Shown here piece after piece: positions 37,481-49,958 of a DNA stretch of 64,000 bases. The position numbers and the translations under genes are program-made. Where the stretch lies: assembly GCA_030390025.1 (NCBI GenBank), contig CM059432.1, forward strand, positions 136,836,001 through 136,900,000. Reading direction: 5' to 3'. The first letter of the stretch is position 1, and every line of letters begins with the position of its first letter. The notes beneath the pieces are model-generated. The model saw only the letters and a list, made by a program, of their open reading frames with translations, ran no database searches and was not told the origin of the DNA. Source of the DNA: Squalus acanthias (taxonomy: Eukaryota).

Positions 37481-38512
37481 GTGCGCACAGAGCCTTGCTC
37501 CTCATCCAGCACTAATCCTCGCTGCTGCACTATGTTGTGCAGGGCGCAGCAGACCACGATGATTCTGGAGACCCTGGCTGGTCCGTACTGAAAGGCTCCT
37601 CCAGATCTGTCAAGGCGTCTGAAGCTCTATGATACATCTGGTGGACATGTGGCTTTCATTATATCTCTCATGGGCCTCCTCAAGGGTGTCATGAGCCACG
37701 TCTTCAGTGGATAGCCCTAGTCTCCAAGCAGCCAGCCGGAAAGTCTGTTTGGAGGTATGAAGAGCTGAGGGAGGGTGGACAGGCGCAGGACGAAAGAGTC
37801 ATGGCAGCTGCCAGGAAATTTGGCGCACACATGCATGATGATCTTCCTATGGTTGCAGACCAGCTGCACATTGAGGGAGTGGAAGCCCTTGCGGTTCAAA
37901 AACACTCCTGGGTGATGATGGGGTGCCCTGATGGCCACATATGTGCAGTCAATGACGCCCAGCACCCGTGGGAAACCAGCAGAGCGGCAAAGCCAAGTGC
38001 CCGCTCAGTAACACTGACGTCATCGGTGGCAAAGTTGACATAATTGGCAGACTTGTCAAACAGGGCATCGGTGTGATGCATCTGTGGGTGGCCGACTGCG
38101 AGATGCCGCAAATGTCTGCTGCAGATCCCTGGAAGGAGCCTGAGGCAGAGAAGTTGAGGGCGCTGGTGACTTTGACAGCACTGGCAAGGTGTGTCCACTG
38201 GGCTGCAGGTCTTACTCCAGCAAGCTGCAAATGTCTGTGACGACCTGGCACGATAGCCTGAGCCTCCTTTGGCACTGCTGCTCAGTCATGTTGAGGAAGC
38301 TCATCCTCTGCCTGTATACTCTGTGTTGGGGGGTATCGCCTCCGGCGTGGTGCAGCCCTGCGCTGATGCCCTCTCTCCTGTGCAGCATCAGGTGGTTGAG
38401 GAGAAGACTGGTGATGTTGTTGGTAGTACTGGTATGTCTGGTGCTGTTGGTGTCGGGGCTCATCGTAGTCCGATTCTGAGGACCAAGGTGAGACAGTATA
38501 AATGGCCCCCAT
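37481..38512 (-). pseudogene. Harbinger (HARBI1-type) DDE transposase pseudogene
   Basis: [50 protein letters not shown]; multiple frameshifts. Confidence 0.85.
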
Positions 38513-40490
38513 GCTGATGTAATAGAAGGCAGGTCAAGTAGAGATGAGAGAAGCAATCTGTCAATGGTGTAAAAGGTTGTACCAATGAGGTGACAGTGGT
38601 GCCTGAATTTCCTGAAAACACTTGCAACCTCTAGAAAGCTAAATCTGAGCTGACAATGCACTCAGCAACAGCATCTGCCTTAGGAAACTAACCAGGTGTC
38701 AGGTGGGAGTATTTATTGTGCATTACATGCTGTGCAGGAATGCGTTCCATCAATGGCCACTGAACTTCCGCCTCAGGTTCACAGATGTGGTTATCGAGCT
38801 GTGTGATTCCTGTGGTCAGGCAGTGAAATTGGAAAGGGAGGGTTAAAAAGACGCAACCTAATGATCTAAATAAGGTCAGCCGCCGCTGCCGTTTGGGTCA
38901 GGGCTGCGCTGGCAAATGCGCCCGAGTAAAAGGCGCGAGGAGGCGGGATGACGCCAGGTTCCCGACCCGCTCCGATTTATTTCAACTTTCACTCCCGACC
39001 TGCCTCCAATTCCGCATGCACAGCAGCGGGAAAGCCTGTATGATTCTATGTAATTGAAGCCAAATTTCGGCAAATACTCCTTTATGTTAATCAATGAAAA
39101 ATTTCTTTTGCATAAATTTATCAATTTCCTAAGCTTCTAAACTCCTTTGAGGAATACAATACTATTTCTGACTTCAGATAAGCTTTTTCTTAAATTTAGT
39201 GATCTTTAGAACAGTAAAAACTCATCCGAAAGTAAATCTTTTAAAGGGGCCGTGTTTCATAAAATATTATTATTTTGGCAAACGTTTTATTGTTGAAAAA
39301 GTGATCAAAACCTATTAGAGCTGGATGCAGTCTTTATCATGATTATGCGTCTCACAAGTGGCATGACTACGCACTTTGATTTAATTTGCATCATCTTGTG
39401 TGGCCCTTCAGAGAAAAGTGCAATGTAGGAATAATAAAACATGGCCTGGGGCAACTCATGTCATTTGAAATTGAAAATGTTATAACCCTTTGCCGTCCAG
39501 AATTATCTTGCAGAGTACAGCTCAAATTAAATAAAGCTCTTGGTCGCAAAAGGTTAGTGGTATCGGTTCTATACATTTGAGGGGATCTGTACTAGAGATG
39601 ACTGACAAGTCACAGTTTGTACAGAAAGCTCTCAAATAAAATTAACCATCCTATGAAAGCAGGAAACATATTTTCCTCTTTTGTGGAGAATCGATTAATA
39701 ACCATTTTTTAAAAAGATTTTCTCAGTTGCCAATCAAAAGGTGGCTGTCTGTGATTTTCCTGCACGCAATTACCTGTAGAAAAAGTGTATTAGTCGTAAG
39801 GGCAGAAAACTGTCCATTCAGGAAAAAGCCGTAATAATGTTCTTTTCATATTTCTCAACCGCCACTTACACTCATATTACTGACAAACTTTCAGTAATCC
39901 AACTGTGGACTGTGTAGTTTTTATTTTGCTCCCCTCCATTAATTGTGTGTAATGGGTGTGTACCGAAGAAAACCCCAATTATTCCAACAAGGCTCAGTCT
40001 TCCTGAACATTCGCCATCTCCGTCACAAATAGCTGCCTCGTCTGCTGGAAATGAGCAATTATACATTTAAATAGTGTAAATCCCAACGAGCATACTGGGC
40101 AAGGCTTGCTGTTTGTTTGCACTGGATCAGTAAGGGTATGTCACACAGGAGGAGTATTATGCACTTTTTCATTACCTTTTCTTTTCTATTTATCAACAAA
40201 TTGATGTCTATTTAGCGAATAGGACCAGAGGTCTGTCTTTGTCAGGCTAAGTCACGCAAGCACCCATTGCCTCCAAGGCTTTTACTGCATTTCGAGGGTG
40301 TTATTTACTGATCAGCAGCAATACATACATACCATGTCATTACACATTAGACGGTAACCATACCATGTCAGTACAAACTATAGGATAAATATACCGTGTC
40401 ATTTCACACTATAGGATAAATATGCTGTGTCATTATACAATATAGGGTAAATATACCGTGTCATTATACACTATAGGGTAAATATACCGT

Positions 40491-40727
40491 TGTTGTGGCT
40501 GCCGCGAAACACGAATTGAGGCCGAGTCAATATGTGGAGCACATAGCTTTTAATTACATCTCCTTGGTAAAATGGCTGCCACAACATTTCTCTGCAAAAC
40601 CCTGAGGGCCACGCCCACTCCTTTTTTCATGCCTTAAAGGCAGCATGCGCCTTAAAGGCAAGGTGCCCGATTTATTGTCCACGGACGGAAAAGTGGATTG
40701 CGCCCGTTTAGGTGGCAATCCGCCACA
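40491..40727 (-). mobile_element. Small solo LTR (237 bp), Gypsy-like
   Basis: TGTTG...CCACA termini; 4-bp TSD CCGT; related copy at 63022; strand inferred from ATTAAA position. Confidence 0.7.
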
Positions 40728-41038
40728 CCGTGTCATTATACACTATAGGGTAAATATACCGTGTCATTATGCACTATAGGGTAAATATACGTATCATTAT
40801 ACATTATAGGGTAAATATACTGTGTCATTCTACTCTATAGGGTAAATATAATGTGTCATTATACAATATAGGGTAAATATACCGTGTCATTATACACTAT
40901 GTGGTAAATATACCATATCATTATACACTATAGGGTTAATATTCTGTGTCATTATACACTATATGGTAAATATACTGTGTCATTATACACTATATGGTAA
41001 ATATACTGTGTCATTATACACTATATGGTAAATATACT

Positions 41039-41765
41039 GACCCTGAAATTCGCCTCTCCGGCTTGCCGCGGGGGTAAGGATTGCGCGCACACTTACCTAC
41101 CGCGCCTGCCGTTGACCTCTGGGCCCATGGGAACTTCAGCTCCTGGGCCTGCTCCAAGTGCCGGCGCGCAGTGCTTGCGTGTCCCAGGGGCGTAGTTAGT
41201 GCGATGCGTCCCCTGGGATCACGTGGGCCATGGAGAGCCAATGGCAGCAGATCATCTTTCATTCATAGATTTGACAGGAAGACCTGTCAAATCTATGAAT
41301 TGAAATCGGCCCCAAAAGAACAGCTAAACTTCAAATAAATTTTTAAAAACCATCAAATTTATAAAATAACTATAAGTTAAATAAATTAACTACTTTAAAC
41401 AAAAATTTAAATTTTTGAAAAAATTAAAATACTTTTTAACAGTGCTAAAAATAAACTTACCTTTCTTTAAAGTATCTAAAAAAGATAAACCTGTTGAAAT
41501 TTTTTTTCAATTATAATTAATTAACCACTTACCTTGTTGAAAACGGGTCCTGCGCCTCCTTTTTAAAAGCGCAGGTTCTTCAATACTTACCCTCCCGTAG
41601 AAACCTGAAAAAAAACTAAGTTTGCTGCGTGCGCGCAGCCTCTACCGCGCACGCGGTTCACCTATGAACCGCTCCCTTCACCAGACCGGAAGTTCCGGTT
41701 TCCCGCGCATGCGCAGTGCATGCAGGAAACCGGCACTTCAGGACGCCTTACGGGTGAGTACACAG
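41039..41765. mobile_element. Truncated Harbinger-like MITE in the minisatellite
   Basis: GACCCTGAAATTC terminus, GC-rich ends and AT-rich middle; right TIR absent. Confidence 0.5.
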
Positions 41766-42859
41766 TGGGTAAATATACCGTGTCATTATACACTATAGGG
41801 TAAATATACCGTGTCATTATACACAAAAGGTTAAAAATGCATTGTCATTATACACTATAGGGTAAATATACCGTGTCATTATACACTATAGGGTAAATAT
41901 ACGGTGGCATTATACACTATAGGGTAAATATATGTGTCATTATACACTATAGGGTAATTATGCTGTGTCATTATACACTATAGGCTAAATATACTTTGTC
42001 ACTATACACTATAGGTTAAATATACGGTGTCATTATACAATATATGGTAAATACACCGTGTCATTATACACTATAGGGTAAATATACCACGTCATTTTAC
42101 ACTATAAGGTAAATATACGTGTCATTATACACTATAGGGTAAATATACTGTGTCATTTTACACTATAGGGTAAATATAATGTGCCAAAGTACACTATAGG
42201 GTAAATATACTGTGTCATTATACATTATAGGGGAAATATACTGTGTCATTATACACTATAGGGTAAATATACTGTGTCATTATACACTATAGGGTAAATA
42301 TACAGTGGCATTATACACTATAGGGTAAATATATGTGTCATTGTACACTATAGGGTAAATATGCTGTGTCATTATACACTATAGGGTAAACATACGGTGT
42401 CATTATACAATATAGGGTAAATATACTGTGCCGTTACACACTATAGGATAAATATACCGTGTCATTATACACTATAGGGTAAATTTACATATCATTATAC
42501 ACTATCGGGTAAATATACTGCGACATTCTACTCTATAGGGTAAATATAATGTGTCATTGTACACTATAGGGTAAATATACTGTGTCACTATACACTATAG
42601 GGTAAATATACCATGTCATTATACACTATAGAGTAAATTTACGTAACATTATATACTATCGGCTAAATATACTGCGACATTCTACTCTATAGGGTAAATA
42701 GAATGTGTCATTGTACACTATAGGGTAAATATAATGTGTCATTATACAATATAGGGTAAATATACTGTGTTGTTACACATTATAGGGTAAATATACCGTG
42801 ATATTATGCACTACAGAGTAAATATACTGCGTCATTTTACACTATAGGTTAAATATATT

Positions 42860-43752
42860 GGGGGAAAAATTCAGTTGGTTGCGCCTCCCGTTAGCGCCTT
42901 AAGAGGGCGCTAATGGGGCGCAAAGCAGCTAGCGCCCGGGCGCGACGAAGTTTGCGCCGCTCGCGAAATTAACTAGACATTTTGCGGCGGCGCTAAACAC
43001 TACCGCCATGATCTACTGCGCAGGCAGATCATGACGTCACTCGAGTGCGCAACGCCCCGCTATCGCCCCGGAGCGGATATTGAGTGGCGCCCCCTGCCTT
43101 ACCACCTGCCGCTAGCAACGACAGGTTGAGGGGAGCGTTCTGCAGTCATGAAGGGAAAGGGGGAGCGCTATTTAAAGGTGACCGCTTCCTGCCTTTTATT
43201 CTTGGTGCCATTTTTGAACTACGCATTCTGAGAGAGAGAGGTAGAGACTTCTGGAGAGATTCAACGTTGTGTGAAGGAGTTTTGGGTACTGAGCAGCACT
43301 TTGCAGGTTCATTTTGATTTGCCATTCCTTGTATCGATTTAGCAGAGACTGTGGGGGCTGCACTCTGAGCTCTTGGCCTGGTACTCTCCATTGTGCTTTC
43401 CAGCAGATTTGATGTGCCGGTCTCTCCAGGCCGAGATTCAAGGCTGCAATGAGCAGGATGTGGATGGAAAGCAAGATTAACCATCCCCTTTAAGAACTGG
43501 CCCGTGCCATTGTGTGTGTGTTCCATTGCTGACTGACATTACATGAGCTTCGCCAGCGCTCTGAGGTAGCGCCTCGCTCCTCGGCCTTTGCGCCTTAAGA
43601 CAGGTGTGAAGCGCCTGATTTAGCGCTGCAATCACCTCCAGGGGCGATAAAAGTGAAGTTTGCAGTCGGTGGCGATAATTAGCGCCAGGCGCTAATCTTT
43701 GCGCCCGGCCGATATTTGCGCCCCAAATGGGGCGCGACTGAATATTTCCCCC
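42860..43752 (-). mobile_element. Non-autonomous Harbinger family A copy 2
   Basis: TIRs as copy 1; TSD ATT. Confidence 0.92.
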
Positions 43753-45867
43753 ATTGTGTCATTATACACTATAGGGAAAATATACTGTGTCATTATAATC
43801 TATAGGGTAAATACACCTTGTCGTTATACAGTATAGGTTAAATATACTGTGTCATTTTACTCTATAGGGTTAATATACTGTGTCATTATACACTATAGGG
43901 TAAATATACAGTGTCATTATACACTATAGGGTAAATATACCGTGTCATTATACGCTATAGGGTAAAATACCGTGTCATTTTACACTATAGGGTAAATATA
44001 CCATGTCATTTTACACTATAGGGTAAATTTACATAACATTATACACTATCAGCTAAATATACTGCGGCATTCTACTCTATAGGGTAAGTATAATGTGTCA
44101 TTGTACACTATAGGGTAAATATACTGTGTCATTATACAATATAGGGTAAATATACTGTGTCGTTACACACTACAGAGTAAATATACTGTGCCATTATACA
44201 CTATAGGGTAAACATACCATGTCATTATACACTATAGGGTCAATATACTGTGTCATTATACACTATAGGATCAATATACTGTGTCTTTATACACTATAGG
44301 ATAAATATACTGTGTCATTATACACTATAGAGTAAATACACATGTTATTATACACTACATGGTAAATATACGGTGGCATTATACACTATAGGGTAAATAT
44401 ATGTGTCATTATGCACTACAGGATAAATATATGGTGCCATTATGCAATATAGGTTAAATTCACTGTGTCATTATACACTATTGGGTAAATATACCGTGTC
44501 ATTACACATTATAGGGGAAATATACCATGTCATTATACACTATAGGGTAAATATACCGTGTCATTATACACTATATGGTAAATATACCGAGTCATTATAC
44601 ACTATAGGGTAAATATAATGTGTCACTGTACACTATAGGGTCAATATACTGTGTCTTTATACACTATAGGATAAATATACGGTGGCATTATACACTATAG
44701 GGTAAATATACGTGTTATTATACACTACATGGTAAATATACGGTGGCATTATACACTATAGGGTAAATATATGTGTCATTATGCACTACAGGATAAATAT
44801 ATGGTGTCATTATACAATATAGGTTAAAGTCACTGTGTCATTATACACTATTGGGTAACTATACCGTGTCATTACACATTATAGGGGAAATATACCACGT
44901 CATTGAATACTATAGGGTAAATATACTGTGTCATTATATACTATAGGGTAAATATACCGGTCATTATACATTATAGGGGAAATATACGATGTCATTATAC
45001 ACTATAGGGTAAATATACCGTGTCATTATACATTATAGGGTAAATATACCATGTCATTATACACTATAGGGTAAATATACTTTGTCATTATACACTATAG
45101 GTTAAATATACCGTGTCATTGTACACTATAGGGTAAATATACTGTGTCATTTTACACTATCGGGTAAATATACTGTGTCATTATACACTATAGGGTAAAT
45201 ATACCGTGTCATTATACACTATAGGTTAAATATACCGTGTCATTACACACGATAGGGAAAATATACTGTGTCATTATACACTATAGGGTAAATATACCGT
45301 GTCTTTATACACTATAGGGTAAATATAAGGTGTCATGCACTATCGGATAAATATACTGTGTCATTATACAGTATATGGTAAATATACCGTGTCATTATAC
45401 ACTACAGGGAAAATATATTGTGTCGTTATACACTATAGGGTAAATATATTGTGTTGTTATACACTATAGGGTAAATATATGTGTCATTATACACTATAGG
45501 GTAAATATACGGTGGCATTATACACTATAGGTTAAATATATGTTTCATTATACAATATAGGGTAAATATGCTGTGGCATTATACACTATAGGGTAAATAT
45601 TCTTCGTCATTATACCCTATAGGGTAAATATACGGTGTCATTATACACTATAGGTTAAATATACCGTGTCATTATACACTATAGGGTAAATATACTGTGT
45701 AATTTTTCACTGTAGGGTAAATATACCATTTCATTATACACTTTAGATTCAATATACTGTGTCATTCTACACTATAGGATCAATATACTGTGTCATTATA
45801 CATTATAGGGTCAATATACTGTGTCATTATACACTTTAGGGTAAATATACCATGTCATTATACACTA

Positions 45868-47669
45868 ATGAGGTTTTAAATAAATATTTTGCTTCTGTGT
45901 TCACTATGGAGTAGGACGATGCAGGCATAGAAATCAGGCAGGGTGATTGTGATATACTTGAACAAATTAGTATTGAGAGGGAGGAGGTACTAGCGGTTTT
46001 AGCGAGCTTAAAAGTGGATAAATCCCCAGGCCTAGATGAGATGTCTCCCAGGCTGCTGTGTGAGGCAAGGGAGGAGATTGCAGGGGCTCTGACACAAATT
46101 TTCAGAACCTCTCTGGCCACAGGGGAGGTCAAAATTGAGAGGTCGCACAACACCAGGTTATAGTCCAACAGTTTTATTTGAAATCACAAGCTTTCGGAGC
46201 TATCGCTCCTTCCTCAGGTGAAGTAGCGGTGCCAGAGGACTGGAGGACAGCTAACGTAGTACCATTATTCAAGAAGGGTAGTAGGGATAAACCAGGGAAT
46301 TATAGGCCAGTGAGCCTAACATTAGTGGTAGTTAAATTATTGGAAAAATTCTGAGGGACAGAATTAGTCTCCACTTGGAGAGGCAAGGATTAATCAAGGA
46401 TAGTCAGCATGGCTTTGTCAGGGGGAGATCATGTCTAACCAATTTGATTGAATCTTTTGAGGGGGTGACTAGGTGTGTGGATGAGGGTTGTGCAGTTGAT
46501 GTAGTCTACATGGACTTCAGTAAGACTTTTGACAAAGTCCTGCATGGGAGACTGGTCAAGAAGGTAAGAGCCCAAGGGATCCAGGGCAATTTGGCACATT
46601 GGATCCAAAATTGGCTTAGTGGCAGGAGGCAGAGGGTGATGGTCGAAGGTTGTTTTTGTGACTGGAAGCCTGTGTCCAGTGGTGTGCCGCAGAGATTGAT
46701 GCTGGGTCCTTTGTTGTTTGTAGTGTACATTAATGATTTCAATATGAATGTAGGAGGTATGATCAGTAAGTTCGCAGATGACACGAAAATTGATGGACTG
46801 GTAAATAGCGAGGCGGGAAGCCTCAGGCTACAGGACGATATAGATGGGTTGGTTAGATGGGCAGAACAGTGGCAAATGAAATTTAACCCTGAAAAGTGTG
46901 AGCTGATGCATTTTGGGAGGACTAACAAGGCAAGGGAATACACAATGAATGGTAGGACCCTAGGAAGGACAGAGGATCAGAGGGACCTTAATGTGCATGT
47001 ACATAGATCCTTGATAGCAGCAGGACAGGTAGATAAGGTGGTTAAAAAGGCATATGGGATACTTGCCTTCATTAGCCGAGGCATAGAATATAAGAGCAGG
47101 GAGGTTATGATGGAGCTGTACAAAACGCTAGTTAGGCCACAGCTGGAATACTGTGTGCAGTTCTGGTCGCCACACTATAGGAAGGATGTGCTTGCATTGG
47201 AGAGGGTGCAGAGGAGATTCACCAGGATGTTACCTGGGCTGGAGCGCTTCAGCTATGAAGAGAGACTGGACAGGCTGGGGTTGTTTTCCTTAGAGCAGAG
47301 AAGGCTGAGGGGGGACCTGATTGAGGTGTACAAAATTATGAGGGGCATAGATAGGGTAGATAGAAAGGAACTTTTCCCCTTAGTAGAGGGGTCAATAACC
47401 AGGGGGCATAGTTTCAAGATACGGTTTAGAGGGGATTTGATGAAAAACTTTTTCACCCAGAGGGTGGTTAGAATCTGGAACTCTCTGCCTGAAAGGGTGG
47501 TAGAGGCAGGAACCCTCACAACATTCAAGAAGCATTTAGATGAGCACTTGAAACGCCATAGCATACAATGCTATGGACCAAGTGCTAGAAAATTGGATTA
47601 GAATAGACAGGGCTTGATGGCCGGCGCGGACACGATGGGCCGAAGGGCCTCTTTCTGTGCTGACTCTAT
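45868..47669 (+). mobile_element. CR1 LINE, 5'-truncated, RT region open for 408 codons (46375-47601); tail resumes at 55796-55805
   Basis: SQHGF, YMDFSKTFDKV, KFADDTK; TSD ATTATACACTA at both outer junctions. Confidence 0.93.
46130..46227 (-). mobile_element. Penelope-like P2 terminal fragment with hammerhead motif (46184-46221)
   Basis: Matches the arm of 33225-33557; UCAC CUGAGGA A GGAGC-GAUA-GCUCC GAAA GCUU GUGA; splits CR1 GGGGAGGT|GCCAGAGG. Confidence 0.8.
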
Positions 47670-48269
47670 GGGCTCGATTTTTCCAGGCCCGAAAAGGCGG
47701 GATTGGAGGCGTGTGAGGTGGTCAAATCGCAAAAAATGGCGGGTGGGCCCGATCCCGCCTCCATCCTGCGTCCGAGCAATTTTCCCAAATGCGTGTTTTC
47801 TGACCCCGTTTCCATCCAGCCTCCACCATTAAAAAGGAATTTTCAGCAATCATCATTTGCAGGTGGCAGAACTTTGTTGTCTCAGGTCTGGGGAAACTTT
47901 TAGCAGGCATATCCATTGTTGCGGAAGTTTGGAGCCTGAAACCCATCTCCAGTGTGACCTCCTGGGAAACCCCTCTCGCCACCTTGACTGAGCGCTTCCT
48001 CAACTGAGGCATATACCAGAAGCATGGGAACCATTTATTTCCTTTCCTCCTGGACATCAGATTCGGACAAAGACCAGCCGTGGCAGCAGCAGAACCATGA
48101 ACAACAGCACCACCAAAAGCAGCAGCAACAACAGGAGCGCCAAGCTGCTGCTCACCCACCTGAAGCTGCACAGGCCAGAAGGCGCCAGCGCGCGACCACA
48201 TTGCTGCCCGGGATGCAAGGGACGCATTCATCTTGGCCAGATTTGCTTAGCCGGCACAATCAAACATAA

Positions 48270-49954
48270 TGTAGGGGGTGGTAGTTTGTGTCAGCTTTAC
48301 CTCTGACTTCTGAGCGGTTCGAATCGCTCCCACTCCCTTGGTTCTAGACCTTGGACTTATTTGGGGGCTGTGATACAAAGGTGCAGCAGACAACTGAGTT
48401 TGATGAAAGAACTTCAATCTTTATTAAAAAGGTAAGACACAAATAATAACACTCTAAAGGTGGGGAACACTTCGGTACAAGCGAGGGAAATGACAGTAGG
48501 ACAATACTTCACCCCTCCCAACCCCACTTTTCTAGCTAAGTTAGGTTTTGAAGGACCAGGGATAACGCTCACCAATCCTTTGACAGTTGGGCTAAATTGC
48601 GGTTTTGGGGTTCGCTGTTTATGGCGGTTAGTGTCTGCCATACCCCGTACGCAGTAGAGGACTTCACCTGAGTCTCTGGTCAGTCTTCGCGAGTCCGCTG
48701 ATGTGGTAGGATGTTGTTTTGGATTTATCTGGTGAGTACCCAATTTCTTTGGTTCAGCAGTAGGGTTTAGAGTCTTTGGGGAAAATCTTACCCAGGGGTA
48801 AGTCAGGAGTAGTTTGTAGTGTGGAAACTTTGCGGTTCTTCAGGTTTTCTTCCCTGGAGTTGGTCTTTGTTGGTCGCGGTGGCCTGCTATTACCCGGTCA
48901 GTTGGGGGTAATGCGCGGTTGTTGGTTTCGTGAGGCCTTTGGTTTCCGCGATGGCTTTAGGCCTTGTTTAGTGTGTCGGTCGACCTCGTGGAGCCGTCGG
49001 TGACTTGTTGCTGCTTGTTGCTCCGGGTGACTGTGTTGGGACCGTTGTTGGAGGTCCGTCGAGGTGGTATCTTCACGGGCTGGACTCAGGTGTGTCTGAG
49101 TGGTGAGTGATGCCGACTCGCTTCCAGCTCTGGTTTTCTTCTTCCTGGTTTCTTCTTCTTCTGATCACCACCACTTGCGACTGACTGCTCGAACCTCTGA
49201 ACTGTTGTAACTCCTGAACTGCTTGATGGGCCTTCAATTATACAAAATTGAAGTGGCCTTATCCACCCACCAAATCTACTCATTTCATTGTCTGGTTTTT
49301 GGCGGGCTCGTAAATCGGTAACGACTTACTAGCACGTTAATTGGGTTTTTAACAGGCCTTCAATCTCACCCATTGAACATGGCCTTATCTACACGCCAAA
49401 TCTACTCAGTTCATTGTCTGAATTTTGGCGGGCCTGTTACCAGTAACTGCTCTGTAAGTGTCAGATGGCCTTTGGGATGGTTTGCATCCTGTCGATCTCC
49501 TTGGCTGATCACTGGTGATTGGTTTCGTGTTTTGGGTTTCTAGGCTGGACTCAGTCTTTTCTATAGACTGGTCCTGAGTGATTTGTATTATGCATGTTTT
49601 CTGATGGGCCCTGTAATCGGTTTGATGGGGCCTGTTATTTTGGGTGGGACTGTCTTCTCCCAGGGTCTATTGTCAAAATGTTAATGCCTGCTGGGGCTTG
49701 AGTAGGGTCATCCTGGTTCCCCAGACAGTGCAATTAACTGCAATAACCAAAACTGCTTTTACAGAGGTCGTTCCAAACTTCCTTCACAGCCTTCTCTCCC
49801 TTTACAGGCCCAGACATGTTTTTAAAATGCAAAAACTTGGGTTTTGGTCTTATTTTCCTTAGGTTAGGCCCAAATGCATTATTATCACTCTGAGGTAGTT
49901 CCAAAGTCCCTTTTCCTTAGGTTTTGGGGATCTCTAAATTTTGGAAACCTTACA
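48270..49954 (-). mobile_element. Solo LTR, 1685 bp (ERV1/Gypsy-like)
   Basis: TGTAGGG...CCTTACA termini; 4-bp TSD ATAA; AATAAA on - at ~48420; no long ORF. Confidence 0.75.
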
Positions 49955-49958
49955 ATAA

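Larger units (their letters stand above)
36303..39038. mobile_element. Decayed two-gene PIF/Harbinger element (family C) in a CR1 tail
   Basis: Left TIR GGCCGGAATTTT after TAT; Myb-gene remnants on + (EKRAHNKRERERTGGGPP); transposase remnants on -; CR1 tail TATGATTCTATG resumes at 39039. Confidence 0.8.

Noticed and set aside
41765..45867. T7/SP6 promoter-like CACTATAGGG in each unit (vector contamination)
   Set aside because: Only the 9-10 bp core matches, upstream specificity bases are absent, and units are naturally diverged
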